Notes under the pieces: model-generated | Seen by the model: the letters and a program-made list of their open reading frames with translations, nothing else | The model's database searches: none | Told to the model about the DNA's origin: nothing | Program-made: the position numbers and the translations under genes | Shown: positions 9,672 to 18,857 of the stretch, one piece after another | How positions within the stretch are numbered: position 1 is the stretch's first letter | Layout: the number at the start of each line of letters is the position of its first letter | Source of the DNA: Bdellovibrionales bacterium | GTDB taxonomy: Bacteria; Bdellovibrionota; Bdellovibrionia; Bdellovibrionales; UBA1609 | Assembly (NCBI GenBank): GCA_965199825.1 | Contig: OZ241329.1 | Coordinates: 2,336,001-2,400,000 of the forward strand | Direction of reading: 5' to 3' | DNA: 64,000 nucleotides

Positions 9672-10346
9672 CTAAAGAAGTGGCTGAATATCAACCACAG
9701 TGCGCGAATCGATTTGTAACAACAAAGATTGTTTGAGCTTTAGGTATTTATAAATCAGTTCAGGTAATCTGACTTTTAATGCGTCGGTGTAAGAATATTT
9801 CCCAGCCACAGAATCCCCCTGGCTTTGATTGAGAGTCAATACCGCCGCATCCCGACCCTCGATTTGCAATATTAAGTAGATTTTTTCTGTTTGAATCCGA
9901 TTGGCCAAAACTAAAAAATGCTTCAGCAATTGAGTTAAACTGATTCGAGCAAAAGAAGACTGAATATCTTCGGGCAACAGGTAATCTGGATGCACAACTG
10001 CAAAAAGAAAGGTTTGGCCATTTTTTACGATCACCACCTTTGTTGGATCCCGAACAATCGGAATCGTTTCACCAATCTTAAATCCGCTTAAAGGTACGGT
10101 TTGAATCTGTGTGAATGGTTTCTGTAAGGCTTGAAAACGAGTAAAGGGCAATACAAAGGCAAATTCTCTACTTTCATGGATCAACTGATAAACTGTCTGA
10201 TCACCTGGAAGTCGTGCGCTCACCGCAACTGCATTTTTTTCGAAGTCTTCCATGCGGACTCGCATGCGGCGGGGAGTGTGCAGAGTCAATTCGATTTCAC
10301 ATTGGGCAAATGCCGCCTGACTGAGCAAAAATAAAATTATTATCAT
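9672..10346 (-). CDS. Putative secreted protein with four tandem Phd/YefM-like repeats (divergent paralog of 8918-9613)
   Basis: Signal peptide ending AFA, same length and repeat layout as its neighbour. Confidence 0.55.
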   Translation of the reverse strand: MIIILFLLSQAAFAQCEIELTLHTPRRMRVRMEDFEKNAVAVSARLPGDQTVYQLIHESREFAFVLPFTRFQALQKPFTQIQTVPLSGFKIGETIPIVRDPTKVVIVKNGQTFLFAVVHPDYLLPEDIQSSFARISLTQLLKHFLVLANRIQTEKIYLILQIEGRDAAVLTLNQSQGDSVAGKYSYTDALKVRLPELIYKYLKLKQSLLLQIDSRTVVDIQPLL

Positions 10347-10357
10347 GAGTGCGCCCT

Positions 10358-11161
10358 CTAGATATCAACGAGTTGTGGACCTGTGAAAGCATCAGTCTTT
10401 AATATAGAGCGCGCAAAACCTTCAAGCTGCAAAGAGAGATCTGTGGTCAAAATTTGGATTTCGCGATGTTTGTTTGCGGGAAAAATAAGCAATTTTTTAA
10501 AGGCTTGTAAAAGATCTTGAGCAACCGCTTCGCCAGATTGAACCAAAAAAACTTTCTCTCCCAAAACTTTTTTGAACTGATCTTTGAGCAAGGGATAATG
10601 AGTGCAGCCCAATATCAATGTGTCCATGCCAAAGCTTTTTAAAGGTTCAAGATAGCGAACTATAATCTGATCCGTAATCACATCATCGATCCAGTTTTGC
10701 TCAACCAGTGGAACAAGAAGAGGACAATCGACCTGGCGCACGAGAACATGTGGTGACAATTCAATTAGTTTTTGGGGATAGGCTCCTTTTCGAACAGTGG
10801 CTTGAGTGGCTACGATTCCAATTTTATTATTTTTTGTGTTTTGAATTGCGGCTCGTGACCCAGGCTCGATCACATTAAAAACAGGAACACCTTCGATAAA
10901 ATGGTCTTGCATGATCACAGAAGAAGCAGAGTTACAGGCAACCACCACCGCTTTGACATTTTGTTTTTTTAAAAATTTGATATTCTGTAAAACATATTTT
11001 GAAATCGTTGAACTCGACTTGTCGCCATAGGGGAGGCGAGCGGTATCGCCGAGATAAATAAAACTTTCCTCAGGGAACTGGGTCAAAAGATGAGCCAAGA
11101 CGGTAAGTCCACCGACACCAGAATCAAAAACCGCAATAGAGCGATTGTCGATTGAACTCAC
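10358..11161 (-). CDS. murI: Glutamate racemase (GTG start)
   Basis: FDSGVGGLTV, GDTARLPYG.K, VACNSAS, LGCTHYP. Confidence 0.97.
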   Translation of the reverse strand: MSSIDNRSIAVFDSGVGGLTVLAHLLTQFPEESFIYLGDTARLPYGDKSSSTISKYVLQNIKFLKKQNVKAVVVACNSASSVIMQDHFIEGVPVFNVIEPGSRAAIQNTKNNKIGIVATQATVRKGAYPQKLIELSPHVLVRQVDCPLLVPLVEQNWIDDVITDQIIVRYLEPLKSFGMDTLILGCTHYPLLKDQFKKVLGEKVFLVQSGEAVAQDLLQAFKKLLIFPANKHREIQILTTDLSLQLEGFARSILKTDAFTGPQLVDI

Positions 11162-11836
11162 TTAGACTTTAGATTTTTGTTTAAAAAGAGCAAAGCTCGT
11201 CCCTTGCAAATAAATTTCGCAAGCTAATCTCAAAGCTACCGCCACAAAAGTGATCATAATTCCTGGTTCAAATACCGATTTTCGTAACCAATCGGACGCA
11301 AACTCGAGCCCAAAACCAGAAATCATAATCAACGCGAGATAGCGTTTTACACCGTAAGAAATAATTCCGGACTCTTCGAGGGCATCCACTTGGCCCGCCT
11401 GATAGCGAGGATCAAAGAGCACCACATAATTCACAAAACTCAATTTTACCATTTGAAATAGACCAGGGAGAATCAACGCCAAAGACCACATCAAGATTCG
11501 CGAAAGCGATCTTAAACCTTCAATCGTAAGTGGACGAAGGTAGCCAACCAAAGATTTGGGTTGAGTGCTTGGCGAACCAATTTGTTTGTTCAGTGTGAAT
11601 GAAACAACAATGGTCACAACCATGCCCACAATCAGTTCGACACAAACCGCAACTAAAAGACTCAAAACCATGGTCATTGTGCCTTGAATTTCGCGGTCGG
11701 AAGTCACCGCATCGGTCATGACGGTCATTGATCCCGAAATCAAAATCAAAGCGGCCCAGACCCAAATGGGTTTGAATAAAAGAATCGAAAGATTTGCGGC
11801 CGAAATTTTAAGTGAATTAAAAAACAATTTAAGCAT
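11162..11836 (-). CDS. Hypothetical integral membrane protein
   Basis: Several hydrophobic helices; W....ILPG.....LSF..YVV.....Y..G.VDAL..S pattern. Confidence 0.7.
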   Translation of the reverse strand: MLKLFFNSLKISAANLSILLFKPIWVWAALILISGSMTVMTDAVTSDREIQGTMTMVLSLLVAVCVELIVGMVVTIVVSFTLNKQIGSPSTQPKSLVGYLRPLTIEGLRSLSRILMWSLALILPGLFQMVKLSFVNYVVLFDPRYQAGQVDALEESGIISYGVKRYLALIMISGFGLEFASDWLRKSVFEPGIMITFVAVALRLACEIYLQGTSFALFKQKSKV

Positions 11837-11902
11837 AATGATGAAGATTGACAGATTGTGGAGTTGAAGTCACTCTCTGATGCCTCTTCACATCCTTGAT
11901 TT

Positions 11903-11994
11903 GCCCCGGTGGCGGAATTGGTAGACGCACAGGACTTAAAATCCTGAGCTTCGGTTAAACGGGCGTGCCGGTTCGATTCCGGCCCGGGGCACCA
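11903..11994 (+). tRNA. tRNA-Leu (anticodon TAA), CCA encoded
   Basis: Acceptor GCCCCGG/CCGGGGC-A-CCA, D-loop GGAATTGGTAGAC, anticodon arm CAGGA-CTTAAAA-TCCTG, long variable arm, GGTTCGATTCC T-arm. Confidence 0.97.
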
Positions 11995-12122
11995 CTGACT
12001 ATTTTAAACAAATTAAGTTTATTTTTCTCAACTTGAGTTTGAGTCTGCGGCAAAAGGTGTCGAACCTTTGGTCATCTTTCATAAAAATCTTTTTAAAAAG
12101 CGTTTGTTTTGATCTGAGACCC

Positions 12123-12150
12123 TCAACTTTCGTCGGAAGAGTCCCGAAAA
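12123..12150 (+). promoter_or_regulatory. Putative sigma28 (FliA)-type promoter
   Basis: TCAACTTT-N12-CCCGAAAA upstream of 12167; same geometry as 30753-30780. Confidence 0.5.
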
Positions 12151-12166
12151 GTCACATAGAGGGTTT

Positions 12167-14962
12167 ATGTCTATGAAGATCGATGTGAAAATTAAAGCGG
12201 CTCGTTTTGTTTTAGCCACCACACTGGGCTTTTACATGCTCACTATCTATAACTCGTGTTCTAAAGTGAGCTTTGCACCCAGCGGTGTAAGCGCACTTAC
12301 GGCCCAGGGCGGAGTTGCAGCGGTTTTGATAAACAACGGAGCACCTTACACCAATCAAGTGGGTGTGACCCTCACTCTGAATAGTCCCGGTGCCTCAGAA
12401 ATGTATGTGACCAATGATCCAAGTTGCAAAACTGGTGGAAACTGGCAGCCCTACATCGTGAGCCTTCCTTGGACTTTACCTGACAGCAACAAACAAAATA
12501 GTGTGTTTGCACAATTTCGCAATATGAGTTCTTTATCACCATGCTCACAAGCCTCGATTGTTCATGACAATATCGCACCCCTTGGGACCTTTAACAATTT
12601 CGCCGATTATACAAACCAAAATCATTTAGAAGTGCCAATTGCTGCACAAGATTCTGGATCGGGAATTGCCTCAGTAGTATGTACCGAAGTGAATACTGGC
12701 TTTACTCAAGATTGCCAAAATGGTTTTGCGATTCAAAATTTGAGCGAAGGCCCATATCACCTTTCGGTTTTGGCTCGCGACCACGCAGGCAATGTATCGA
12801 TTCCCCAAGAGCAATCTTGGACAGTTGATATAACCGCTCCTGTGGTGACTATAGTCACTGGCCCATCGCTCATTACCAATCAAACTCAAGCCGTATTTGT
12901 GATTAATGCTTCAGACAATTTTTCGCCAGCCCAAAATATTAAACTTTCTTGTAAGGTCGATGGCGGATCATTTCAACCTTGTACGACAACTCCGTCTTTT
13001 GCAGTATCCCAAGGCCCACACACATTATCGGTGATTGCGACTGATCTTGCCCAAAACACCTCAACACCAATTGTTTATAAATGGTCGGTGGACATCACCG
13101 TACTTAACGTGACTCTGACAAAAGTTCCGAGCCCAGTGAGTGGAGATTTAAAACAAGTATTTGGATTTCAAGGCTCTCCTCAAGTTGTAACTTTCTTGTG
13201 TCAGTTAGATTCAGGCGCACAAAGTGTGTGCGTCTCACCGCTCAACTATGGCCGATTGCCTGACGGTCCACATACGTTTAAAGTGACGGGTCAAAATCAA
13301 GCCGGCGACCAATCGCAACCCACCACTTACAGTTGGATTGTTGATACCACTCCGCCTGTTGTTTCGATTTCTTCTCAGCCTCCAGCAAGCACAAATAATC
13401 CAAATGGAACCGTGATTTTTAATGTGACCGACCAAAATCCATCGGGCTCGGCAATTTGCGTAGTCGATCAACAAGCGGCGCAAAATTGTGTGAATTCAAT
13501 TGTTCTTCAGACACTTCCTGAAGGACCTCACCAGGTCACAATCACAACCGTAGATCAAGGCGGAAACAGTTCTACACCTGTCACTGCACAGTGGACGATT
13601 GATCTGACTCCACCTGTCGTCACCATCGTCTCTGGCCCTGATAAAATCACTCAATCACAAAGCGCACCGTTCATATTGAATGCAACGGATGCGAACGGCG
13701 GAAAAGTTTCTCAAATTCAATGTAAGCTCGATTCTCAAGCCACATTTTCGAGTTGTACTTTGACTCCACAATTTTCAAATCTTTCGAATGGCAATCACAC
13801 CTTTTCGGTAAAGGGTGTGGATCAAGCGGGCAATATCTCAGCACAGGTCGATTACCCTTGGACCGTGAGTACCAATGGTCCAAGCATTACTTTTCAACAA
13901 CAGCCTCAAGATCCGAGTTCAGTTTCATCGCCAGCAGTTGTGCAGTACTCGGTGAGCGATACGGTATTTCCTGGAAGTGCATTAACAATCACATGCGGAT
14001 TTAATGGCCAAGTTACAAGCTGTGCAGATCAGGCGACTCTCAGTCACGACCAAACTTTAGGAACTCAAACCTTTACGGTAAATGCGAAAAATCCTGCGGG
14101 CCTGACCTCAACACAAACCATCACTTGGACTGCGAAAAGCATTTTGCAATTTCCATCTCTCTCAAATCTTGCGGCAATTGCATTTGAAGATAATTTTCCA
14201 AGCGTCGGTGATGCCGATTACAATGATTTTTTGACCAACTTTAAAATCACTGAAGCAATCAATACTCAAAACCAGATTACCCAAATCACCATCGATTTTT
14301 ATCCTCGAGCGGTCGGCGCAGGCTTCGATCATTCATTAATCTTGGTGCTTGATGGTGTTAAAGATTCGCCATCCAATATCACCAAACAAACCACACCGCT
14401 GTTCAATGGTGATGCCTCTATCGTGCTAATGAAATACGATGGATCAGGAAATCTGAAATCCAAACAGAATTATTCAAAAGGGCAAGATGTTGTGGTTTTT
14501 CAAAGTACCCATGATGCGTTTGGAGATTCGGGACAAGTGAATACCAATCCCGGCGCACCCTACATTGCCCCTTTGTCATTGGCGCGAGTCCAAATCACAC
14601 TTCACAATCCAGAACAAAATGCGGTTGCAAGCAACAGTATTGACACAAGTAAATTTCGAGTCATTTTACATGTGAGTAATACCAATAAAGATATCGATAT
14701 CATCGACGTCGATCCTTCAAACTTTGACAGTAATGGATATCCTTTTGGATTTATTATTCCTTCGGATTGGCAGTGGCCGGTTGAAGGTAAAGCAATCGAC
14801 AACAGCTATCCAAATTTTGCGGCTTACAGAAAATTCTTAGTCGATAAAAATTCAGATCCAACTGTGACGGCTCCGCCGAGCGTGTTGAATTGGTTCTTGT
14901 CGCCGGTGCCGAATGATCCTTCGTTGTATCCGCGGGTGCAAGCTCCCACGAAACTCCCCTAA
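12167..14962 (+). CDS. Large surface protein: tandem Ig-like repeats plus C-terminal LruC (DUF4842) domain
   Basis: Repeated W.VD.T.P.V.I units with paired Cys and L..G.HT..V.A.D.AGN; C-terminal AFEDNFP..GD.DYNDF and G.PFG.IIP.DWQWP.EG..I...YP.F; YNSC signal. Confidence 0.8.
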   Translation: MSMKIDVKIKAARFVLATTLGFYMLTIYNSCSKVSFAPSGVSALTAQGGVAAVLINNGAPYTNQVGVTLTLNSPGASEMYVTNDPSCKTGGNWQPYIVSLPWTLPDSNKQNSVFAQFRNMSSLSPCSQASIVHDNIAPLGTFNNFADYTNQNHLEVPIAAQDSGSGIASVVCTEVNTGFTQDCQNGFAIQNLSEGPYHLSVLARDHAGNVSIPQEQSWTVDITAPVVTIVTGPSLITNQTQAVFVINASDNFSPAQNIKLSCKVDGGSFQPCTTTPSFAVSQGPHTLSVIATDLAQNTSTPIVYKWSVDITVLNVTLTKVPSPVSGDLKQVFGFQGSPQVVTFLCQLDSGAQSVCVSPLNYGRLPDGPHTFKVTGQNQAGDQSQPTTYSWIVDTTPPVVSISSQPPASTNNPNGTVIFNVTDQNPSGSAICVVDQQAAQNCVNSIVLQTLPEGPHQVTITTVDQGGNSSTPVTAQWTIDLTPPVVTIVSGPDKITQSQSAPFILNATDANGGKVSQIQCKLDSQATFSSCTLTPQFSNLSNGNHTFSVKGVDQAGNISAQVDYPWTVSTNGPSITFQQQPQDPSSVSSPAVVQYSVSDTVFPGSALTITCGFNGQVTSCADQATLSHDQTLGTQTFTVNAKNPAGLTSTQTITWTAKSILQFPSLSNLAAIAFEDNFPSVGDADYNDFLTNFKITEAINTQNQITQITIDFYPRAVGAGFDHSLILVLDGVKDSPSNITKQTTPLFNGDASIVLMKYDGSGNLKSKQNYSKGQDVVVFQSTHDAFGDSGQVNTNPGAPYIAPLSLARVQITLHNPEQNAVASNSIDTSKFRVILHVSNTNKDIDIIDVDPSNFDSNGYPFGFIIPSDWQWPVEGKAIDNSYPNFAAYRKFLVDKNSDPTVTAPPSVLNWFLSPVPNDPSLYPRVQAPTKLP

Positions 14963-15997
14963 AGCTGGCCCCTTTAATTGTTTGTGGCTAAGGGTTTGCT
15001 CTACTAATTTGTAATGAATCAGAGAACAGATCCAGTTTGCGAATGTGAAAAACAATCCGGTAAAGACCGGATGCGCATTCGCAAAGCCGGATTTTTCTTT
15101 CGCCGATCTGATCACAAAAAGATTCAGCGCTACTGTTGTTTGACATGCCAAAAGACCTTTTCAACTGCCACTCGCGAAGTTTGCTATCGTCAAAATAAAC
15201 GACACCTTAATATTCCAATTTTTCATAAATTGTGCGGAGGATTTTCTAAACGAAGAACTGCGCTTGTCTTAAGGATCAATCGAAAAACCGTGATCCGGAA
15301 ATTTCGATTTCTCGCGAATCTTTCTTTTGATTTTTTAGATCAACAAATTCAAGAGCAATACGTCGCTGAGGTGCAGTTTGATGATATGGAAACTTTTGAA
15401 CATACTAAGTGTAAACCAATTTCGATTACTCTCGCTGTTGATAAAAAAACCAGACGTATTCTTGGAGCGGAGTGTAGTCAGATGGCTGCTAAAGGCTTAT
15501 TAGCCAAAAAAGCTCGGATCAAGTACGGTTATCGGAAAGATGAAAGGTCGAGTGGTCGCGAAAGGCTTTTCATAAAAATCAAAAACTTGGTTCGAAAAGA
15601 CTGCGTCTTTCACTCCGATCAAAACCCTCATTACGCTCCGGATATTAGAAAGCATTTTAAGTATCACGAACATAAAACTTTTAAGGGCAAAAGGGGCTGC
15701 GTTGTAGGCAAGGTGAACTGAAAAGTGGTGGGTATGATCCGCTCTTTACCCTCAATCACACGTCCGCGATGATTCGTGATAATTTAAAGAGAATGTCGCG
15801 AAAAACCTGGTGTACCACAAAGAAAATCGAAGAGTTAAATAACCATCTCGCGATTTACACGGTTTATCACAACGAATTTTTAATAAAACCTACGAAACCA
15901 CATGATGTATTTTCTGATTTAGTTGGTCTTCAAGAATAATTCTTCATAGTCCTAAATATGGGGCTGCTCAAAAAAACAATTAAAGGGGCCAGCTTTA
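14960..15997. mobile_element. Insertion sequence (IS1/IS1595-related), about 1.04 kb
   Basis: Perfect 24-bp terminal inverted repeats TAAAGCTGGCCCCTTTAATTGTTT (14960-14983) and its reverse complement (15974-15997) flanking a transposase. Confidence 0.9.
15014..15939 (+). pseudogene. IS1-like transposase with a frameshift near 15709
   Basis: Zn ribbon C.C...QRYCCLTCQKTF, FDDMETF, HSD..PHY; stops at 15721 but the -1 frame continues QGELKSGGYDPLFTLNHTSAMIRDNLKRMSRKTWCTTKK...LQE* to TAA 15937-15939. Confidence 0.85.
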
Positions 15998-15999
15998 AT

Positions 16000-16028
16000 T
16001 TGATAACGGGGAATTCTTTATTTAACCT
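16000..16028 (+). promoter_or_regulatory. Sigma70-type promoter for a leaderless CLC mRNA
   Basis: TTGATA-17-TAACCT, 6 nt before ATG 16035; no SD. Confidence 0.6.
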
Positions 16029-16034
16029 TTTCTA

Positions 16035-17234
16035 ATGCAAGTCTTAAAATGGATTTTGATCAGTGCAATCGTCGGCGTCATCGCCGGTGTGGCGTCAACG
16101 TTGTTTCATTTTGCACTCCTACATGTAACCGATTATCGACGAGCCCATCTCGAAATGATTTATTTTTTGCCTCTCGCCGGTTTTGCTATCGGCTGGTGTT
16201 ATCAGTTGGTCGGGCAGACCACTCATCGAGGGCAGGGACTTATCCTTGATGAGATTCATAATACAAAAAAGATTTTGCCTCTGCGAATGGCGCCGCTCGT
16301 TTTTGTGAGCACCTTGGTGACCCATCTTTTTGGGGGATCGGCCGGGCGCGAGGGCACAGCGGTTCAGATCAGTGCCAGTCTTGCGGATCAGCTGTCACAT
16401 CTTTTTCCGCTAACACCTGGAGAACGACGCAGGCTTTTGATGTGCGCAATGGGTGCCGGGTTTGCTGCGGCCTTAGGGACACCATTGGCGGGAGCAATTT
16501 TTGGGATGGAAGTGATTGCGGTGGGTCGCTTTCGACTCAACGCTTGGATGGAGTGCTTGACCGCGGCAGGAATTGCGTATGGTCTTGCGGTTTTTTTAAA
16601 TGCACCGCACTCGGTTTTTCCAACCGTCAACATGCCGCTGGATGATCTGTTGGCACTCGGAATTATGGTGCCGGCGGGACTGGTTGCAGGACTTACCGCG
16701 CGACTCTTTATTGAGGTGACACATGGAATTCAACACGCTTTTGAGTGGATCAAATATAAACCCTTAAGGCCGTTTCTTGCGGGCTGTGTACTTTCATTGG
16801 CTATATTTTCGTTTCAACTTTTTGATTACGCGGGACTTGGGCTTTATGTGATTCAGGATGCGTTTCATAATAATTTTTCGCTCCAAGTTCCGTTGATCAA
16901 AGGATTAATGAGTGCCCTCACAGTAGGTTCGGGCTTCAAAGGTGGAGAATTTATTCCGCTGGCTTACATTGGGAGCACATTAGGAAGTGCCCTCAGTGCT
17001 TATCTTCCAGTGAGCACCGAATTTTTGGCAGCGATTGGATTTGCCAGTGTATTTGCCGGGGCATCGAATACACCACTGGCTTGTACATTTATGGCAATGG
17101 AACTTTTTGGTTTTCAGATTGGACCCTATGCGGTGATAGCCTGCTACATGAGCTTTCTTTGTTCGGGTCGTCGCGGAATTTATGAGAGTCAAAAAGGGAT
17201 TTTGGATAAGCCTGGATTTATGAATCGATTGTAA
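16035..17234 (+). CDS. CLC-family channel/antiporter, fluoride-exporter (CLC-F)-like
   Basis: GGSAGREGTAVQ (GREGT), GQGLIL, GFKGGEFIP, FAGASNTPLAC..MAMELFG. Confidence 0.85.
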   Translation: MQVLKWILISAIVGVIAGVASTLFHFALLHVTDYRRAHLEMIYFLPLAGFAIGWCYQLVGQTTHRGQGLILDEIHNTKKILPLRMAPLVFVSTLVTHLFGGSAGREGTAVQISASLADQLSHLFPLTPGERRRLLMCAMGAGFAAALGTPLAGAIFGMEVIAVGRFRLNAWMECLTAAGIAYGLAVFLNAPHSVFPTVNMPLDDLLALGIMVPAGLVAGLTARLFIEVTHGIQHAFEWIKYKPLRPFLAGCVLSLAIFSFQLFDYAGLGLYVIQDAFHNNFSLQVPLIKGLMSALTVGSGFKGGEFIPLAYIGSTLGSALSAYLPVSTEFLAAIGFASVFAGASNTPLACTFMAMELFGFQIGPYAVIACYMSFLCSGRRGIYESQKGILDKPGFMNRL

Positions 17235-17722
17235 ACATCTCTTAAAGATTTGGGAGCAAGTTTTAAATTTTTAAAAAAATCAGATTTGGCATTTGGTCCT
17301 AAATTATCGCTCACAAATTTGTAACAGCTGAATTCGATCTTATTTTTTTGGCAAAGGTGAGCGATGGTATAGGCCTCCATATCATAAACATCGGCATCCT
17401 CGTTTTCGATCTGGATGGTTTTACCACTTGAACATGATCCTGTTTTATAGCCTAACTCCTTGCCGTTAAGAAAAATTGGCGGATATTGAGAGTCTTGGTC
17501 AATAAATTGAGTGCAGTGAATGATTTCTCCAACTGTATAGCGAGAGCTGCCAGCAGTACCAAGATTTAAAATGTTGAGAGAACCTTGATCAATCAGACGT
17601 TTCACCGCTTCTGCGGCAGCGTGAGGTCCAAGGCCTGTGTAAACAACCGGGATATGTGAGAAATAACCTTTGGCCTCAAGCGGAGAGGCCATGACCACTA
17701 CTAGATTATTCAAAACCAGCAT
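17189..17722 (-). CDS. Nucleoside phosphorylase / MTA-SAH nucleosidase-like protein
   Basis: A.PLEA, YTGLG, LNLGTAGS, DMEAY.IA..C, KFVSDN. Confidence 0.8.
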   Translation of the reverse strand: MLVLNNLVVVMASPLEAKGYFSHIPVVYTGLGPHAAAEAVKRLIDQGSLNILNLGTAGSSRYTVGEIIHCTQFIDQDSQYPPIFLNGKELGYKTGSCSSGKTIQIENEDADVYDMEAYTIAHLCQKNKIEFSCYKFVSDNLGPNAKSDFFKNLKLAPKSLRDVYNRFINPGLSKIPF

Positions 17723-18836
17723 GATTTATAAAAAAACCAGACAGAGGAGTTTGCTTTTTTAATAGTTTTCTAAACACAAAATTGGGTTTGAGGTCCAAGA
17801 CCAAAACCGAGCTCTCGGGTGAAAATAATTTTTGGGGAACCAAAATCTGAACTTTTAAAATGTCGGTTTTAGGATCGTAAGATTCAAAGGCCAGATCCAC
17901 CGTGTCTTTTTTTAAAATATTCTTTTTAAAAGCATCAAGGGTTGCCTCGTCAGAAACAAAAACATTTTTTGTTTGCATCGGTGGCCAATCTTTTATTTTT
18001 TGTAGCTTTGAATCGCTTCTTAACGTTCGCGCAAAACTCTCAAGATCTATAAAATCTAAAATCTCGGCGGCTTGACCGGTTCTAAGATCAAGGGTTGTCC
18101 AGTTCACTTGTCCGACAGGATCTTGACCTTGCGAAGCCTCTTCATAAACTTCTGTTTTGTAAGAAAAAAGATTTCCTACAAAAGACAGAGGACGAATGGC
18201 GATAGACTTAAAAGTCTCTTCGTCGGCTCTGGGCTTAACCGGATTTTTTAGCTCGTCGGCTTCGTCATACAGCACATGATCGGTACGGGCGCGACCGTAT
18301 TCGATATATAAAGTAAAAAGGTCGTTTTTGAAAACATGGCGGGCCACTTGGGCGCGCAGAAGTTTGTAAAAATCTCTAACATGATCGATGCGGTAATCTT
18401 TATTTTCAAAATGGACGCGGTAAACTCCATTGCGATATTCAATTTTTGGATAGTGGTGGGTTTTGGCAGCTCGAATCGCTTCGGCAGCGGTAAACACCTC
18501 GAGCTTTTCGTATTTGAGTTTGTCTTTTCTGAGGGCGATAGAATGCTCAAGTTCATTCAGATCATTGGTCGTAAAAAAGCCATTTTTATTTTTATTCAAA
18601 AATGTTTTGGCAAGTTCGATTTGTTTTTCGGCGATGTCGATTTTATTTTGTTTCAGAGCAACTTCAGCCTCAAACATGGGCTCAACCATCGGATCTTTTT
18701 GCTTTACCAGGTCTGGAACTTTTTCGAGCAAAAAAAGTGCCTCTTGAGTTTTTCCAGATTGGATTAAACTTTGAACCGAAAAGAAAGTGGCGTCAGTCGA
18801 CCAGCATAAGAGTGAGAACAACAAAATTTTAAACAT
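17706..18836 (-). CDS. Hypothetical secreted protein (N-terminal TPR-like helices)
   Basis: 376-aa ORF with signal peptide. Confidence 0.65.
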   Translation of the reverse strand: MFKILLFSLLCWSTDATFFSVQSLIQSGKTQEALFLLEKVPDLVKQKDPMVEPMFEAEVALKQNKIDIAEKQIELAKTFLNKNKNGFFTTNDLNELEHSIALRKDKLKYEKLEVFTAAEAIRAAKTHHYPKIEYRNGVYRVHFENKDYRIDHVRDFYKLLRAQVARHVFKNDLFTLYIEYGRARTDHVLYDEADELKNPVKPRADEETFKSIAIRPLSFVGNLFSYKTEVYEEASQGQDPVGQVNWTTLDLRTGQAAEILDFIDLESFARTLRSDSKLQKIKDWPPMQTKNVFVSDEATLDAFKKNILKKDTVDLAFESYDPKTDILKVQILVPQKLFSPESSVLVLDLKPNFVFRKLLKKQTPLSGFFINHAGFE

Positions 18837-18857
18837 AGGCTGATTAGAACCGGAGCT

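Noticed and set aside
15680..15721. Programmed -1 frameshift in the transposase
   Set aside because: No X-XXY-YYZ or A6C motif in the permitted window, and the shift is late in the catalytic domain; a single-base deletion is simpler
11975..17234. Integrative island with attL/attR at tRNA-Leu
   Set aside because: No duplicate of the tRNA 3' end and no adjacent integrase found
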